This document shows, one piece after another, positions 60,460 to 64,000 of a DNA stretch of 64,000 nt; within the stretch, counting starts at the first letter, position 1; every line of letters begins with the position of its first letter. The notes under the pieces were generated by a model. It was not told the origin of the DNA. It did no database searches and worked only from the letters and a program-made list of their open reading frames with translations. The stretch lies in NCBI RefSeq assembly GCF_009914755.1, contig NC_060933.1; one strand, 5' to 3'. This DNA is from the human T2T-CHM13v2.0 reference genome, Homo sapiens. The position numbers were made by a program, and so were the translations under genes.

Positions 60460-61700
60460 GAATGGAATGGAATGGAATGCAAAGCAATGGAATCAACTCG
60501 ATTGCAATGGAATGGAATGGAATGGAAAGGAATACATTGGAATCAACACGAGTGGAATGGAATGGAAAGGACTGGAATGGAGTGGAATGGAATGGAATGG
60601 AATGGAATGGAATCAACTCGATTGGAATGGAATGGAATGGAATGGAATGGAATTAACCCGAATAGAATGGAATGGAATGGAATGGAACGGAACGAAATGG
60701 AATGGAATGGAATGGAATGGAATGGAATGGAATGGAATCAACCCGACTGCAGGGTAATGGAATGGAATGGAATGCAATGGAATGGATTCAACTTGAATGG
60801 AATGGAAAGAATGGAATCAACACGAGTGGAATGGCATGGATTGGAATGCAATGGAATGGAATCAACCCGAGTACAGGGGAATGGAATGGAATGGAATGCA
60901 ATGGAATGGAATCATCCGTAATGGAATGGAAAGGAATGGAATGGAATGGAATAGAATAGAAAGGAATCAACTCGATTGCAATCGAATGGAATGGAATGGA
61001 ATTAACCCGAATAGAATGGAATGGAATGGAATGGAACGGAACGGAACGGAATGGAATGGATTGGAATGGAATGGAAAGGAATGGAATGGAATGCAAAGCA
61101 ATGGAATCAACTCGATTGCAATGGAATGGAATGGAATGGAAAGGAATACATTGGAATCAACCCGAGTGGAATGGAATGGAAAGGACTGGAATGGAGTGGA
61201 ATTGAATGGAATGGAGTGGAATGGAATCAACTCGATTGGAATGGAATGGAATGGAATGGAATGGAATGGAATGGAATGGAATTAATCCGAATAGAATGGA
61301 ATGGAATGGAATGGAACGGAACGGAATGGAATGGAATGGAATGGAATGGAATGGAATGGAATGGAAACAACCCGACTGCAGGGGAATGGAATGGAATGGA
61401 ATGCAATGGAATGGATTCAACTTGAATGGAATGGAAAGAATGGAATCAACACGAGTGGAATGGCATGGATTGGAATGGAATGGAATGGAATCAACCCGAG
61501 TACAGGGGAATGGAATGGAATGGAATGCAATGGAATTTAATCATCCGTAATGGAATGGAAAGGAATGGAATGGAATGGAATGGAATGGAATCAACTCGAT
61601 TGCAATCGAATGGAATGGAATGGAATTAACCCGAATAGAATGGAATGGAATGGAATGGAACGGAATGGAACGGAATGGAATGGATTGGAATGGAATGGAA
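60460..61700 (+). repeat. ~615-630 bp tandem duplication
   Basis: GCAAAGCAAT...ATACATTGG at ~60479/61093 and GATTCAACTTG at 60785/61414, with the same module order in between. Confidence 0.75.
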
Positions 61701-61775
61701 TGGAATGGAATGGAACGGAAATGAATGGAATGGAATGGAATGGAATGGAATGGAATGGAATGGAATGGAATGGAA

Positions 61776-61875
61776 TCAACGCGAGTGCAGGGGAATGGAA
61801 TGGAATGGAATGCAATGGAATGGAATCAACGCGAGTGCAGGGGAATGGAATGGAATGGAATGCAATGGAATGGAA
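61776..61875 (+). repeat. Exact 50 bp direct duplication
   Basis: TCAACGCGAGTGCAGGGGAATGGAATGGAATGGAATGCAATGGAATGGAA at 61776 and 61826. Confidence 0.9.
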
Positions 61876-63866
61876 TCTTCCGGAATGGAATGGAATGGAA
61901 TGGAATGGAATGGAATGGAATAAACCCGAGTGCAATGGAATGGAGTGGAATGGAATGGAATGGAATGGAACAAACCGAATGGAATGGAATGTAATGGAGA
62001 GTAAGGGAGTTGAATAGAATCAATCCGAATGTAATGGAATGGAATGGAACGGAATGGAATTGAATGGAATGGAATGGAATGCAATGGAATGGAATCAACC
62101 CGAGTGCAATGGAATGGAGAGGAATGGAATGGAATGGAATGGAAACTACCCGAATGGAATGGAATGTAATGGAGTGTAAGGGAAATGAATAGAATCAATC
62201 CGAATGTAATGGAATGGAATGGAACGGAATGGAAAGGAATGGAATGGAATGGAATGGAATGCAATGGAATGGAATCAACCCGAGTGCAATCGAATGGAAT
62301 CGAATGGAATGGCATGCAATGGAATGGATTCAACTTGAATGGAATGGAAAGAAAGGAATCAACACGAGTGGAATGGCATGGATTGGAATGGAATGGAATG
62401 GAATCAACCCGAGTACAGGGGAATGGAATGGAATGGAATGCAATGGAATGGAATCATCCGTAATGGAATGGAAAGGAATGGAATGGAATGGAATGGAATG
62501 GAATGGAATGGAATCAACTCGATTGCAATCGAATGGAATGGAATGGAATTAACCCGAATAGAATGGAATGGAATGGAATGGAATGGAACGGAATGGAATG
62601 GAATGGAATGGAACGGAACGGAACGGAATGGATGGAATGGAATAGAATGGAATGGAATGGAATCAACGCGAGTGCAGGGGAATGGAATGGAATGGAATGC
62701 AATGGAATGGAATCTTCCGGAATGGAATGGAATGGAATGGAATGGAATGAAATGCAATTGATTCAACTCGATTGCAATGGAATGGAATAGAATGGAATGG
62801 AATGGAACGGAATGGAATGGAATGGAATTAACCCGAATAGAATGGAATGGAATGGAATGGAACGTAATGGAACGGAATGGAACGGAATGGAATGGAATGG
62901 AATGGTATGGAATGGAATGGAATGGTACGGAATAGAATGGAATGGAACGAATTGTAATGGAATGGAATTGAATGGAATGGAATGGAATGGAATGGAATCA
63001 ACGCAAGTGCAGGGGAATGTAATGGAACGGAATGCAATGGAATGGAATCATCCGGAATGGAATGGAATGGAATGGAATGGAATGGAATCAACCCGAGTGC
63101 AATGGAATGGAGTGGAATGGAATGGAATGGAATGGAATGGAACAACCCGAATGGAATGGAAAGTAATGGAGATTAAGGGAGTTAAATAGAATCAATCCGA
63201 ATGTAATGGAATGGAATGCAACGGAATGGAATGGAATGGAATGGAATGGAATGGAATGGAATGGAATGCAATGGAATGGAATCAACCCGAGTACAGTGGA
63301 ATGGAATGGAATGGAATGGAATGGAATGGAATGGAATGCCTTCAAACCGAATGGAATGGAAAGGAATGGAATCAACACGAGTGGAATGGAATGGAATGGA
63401 ATGGAATGGAATGGAATGGAATGGAATGATACGGAATAGAATGGAATGGAACGAAATGGAATGGAATGGAATCAACGCGAGTGCAGGGGAATGGAATGGA
63501 ATCGAATGGAATGGAAAGGAATGGAATGGAATCAACCCGAGTGCAGGGGAAAGTAATGGAACGGAATGCAATGGAATGGAATCATCCGGAATGGAATGGA
63601 ATGGAATGGAATGGAATCAACCCGAGTACAATGGAATGGAGTGGAATGGAAAGGAATGGAATGGAACAACCCGAATGGAATGGAATGTAATCGGGAGTAA
63701 GGGAGTTGAAAAGAATCAATCCGAATGTAATGGAATGGAATGGAACGGAATGGAATGGAATGGAATGGAATGGAATGGAATGCAATGGAATGGAATCAAC
63801 CCGAGTACAATGGAATGTAATGGAATGGAATGGAATGGAATTGAATGGAATGGAATGCAATGGAAT

Positions 63867-63881
63867 GGAATCTTCCGGAAT
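63867..63881. promoter_or_regulatory. Consensus heat shock element (last copy in the window)
   Basis: GGAATCTTCCGGAAT. Confidence 0.6.
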
Positions 63882-64000
63882 GGAATGGAATGGAATGGAA
63901 TGGAATGGAATGCAATGGATTCAACTCGATTGCAATGGAATGGAATGGAATGGAATGGAATGGAATGGAATTAAACCGAATAGAATGGAATGGAATGGAA

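Larger units (their letters stand above)
1..64000 (+). repeat. Satellite III (HSat3-type) tandem array, (GGAAT)n / (CATTC)n, pericentromeric-type heterochromatin
   Basis: Seen: GGAAT pentamer throughout, G-rich strand always on +, regularly interrupted by CAACCCGAGT/TAACCCGAAT/CAACTCGATT/CAACGCGAGT/CAACACGAGT. Established: satellite III is (ATTCC)n interspersed with A(T/C)TCGGGTTG, the reverse complement of the decamer seen here. The array runs off both window ends. Confidence 0.98.

Noticed and set aside
5-63974. Hundreds of ORFs (poly-MEWNG on +, poly-IPFHS on -), up to 355 aa (42378-43445)
   Set aside because: A pure GGAAT repeat has no stop codon in any frame and an ATG every 5 nt, so overlapping ORFs with the same peptide in all frames are expected. 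There is no domain or frame preference. Poly-WNGME peptides are known from SCA31 UGGAA RNA, but nothing here shows translation.
1-64000. CRISPR-like or cassette-like pattern of conserved motifs with spacers
   Set aside because: The spacers are GGAAT repeats rather than unique sequence, lengths are irregular, there are no cas or recombinase genes, and the DNA is a eukaryotic satellite.
1-64000. Telomeric repeat, HSat2, alpha satellite/CENP-B box, or embedded Alu/L1
   Set aside because: No TTAGGG arrays, no dominant GAATC GAATG/ATCATC HSat2 pattern, no 171 bp AT-rich monomer, no poly(A) tail and no non-satellite insert seen.
1-64000. Assignment to a specific chromosome or subfamily (e.g. 9q12)
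   Set aside because: The decamer and HSEs are compatible with it, but assignment needs k-mer classification or alignment to a T2T assembly, which I cannot run.

Overview
The whole 64 kb window is one uninterrupted block of primate classical satellite III (human HSat3-type) DNA. It is (GGAAT)n on the + strand, punctuated every few tens of bases by CAACCCGA(G/A)T-type decamers and a small vocabulary of other diverged modules. I see no strand switch, transposon insertion, unique sequence, RNA gene or credible protein-coding gene. The MEWNG.../IPFHS... ORFs are what a pentamer gives when translated. The real structure is repeat architecture: (i) an underlying ~2.65 kb module cycle (~0.87 + ~1.8 kb); (ii) nested tandem duplications from 50 bp to ~4 kb; (iii) four blocks repeated in the same order in 0.2-21.3 kb and 21.3-31.2 kb; (iv) about 34 perfect three-unit heat shock elements (GGAATCTTCCGGAAT = nGAAnnTTCnnGAAn) in a fixed module, within a dense field of TEAD-type CATTCC motifs; (v) about 85 pentamer register shifts, all in the -1 direction. 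I cannot support a novel gene-encoded system here. All counts and offsets were made by eye and need computational confirmation. Chromosome and subfamily cannot be assigned without a search.
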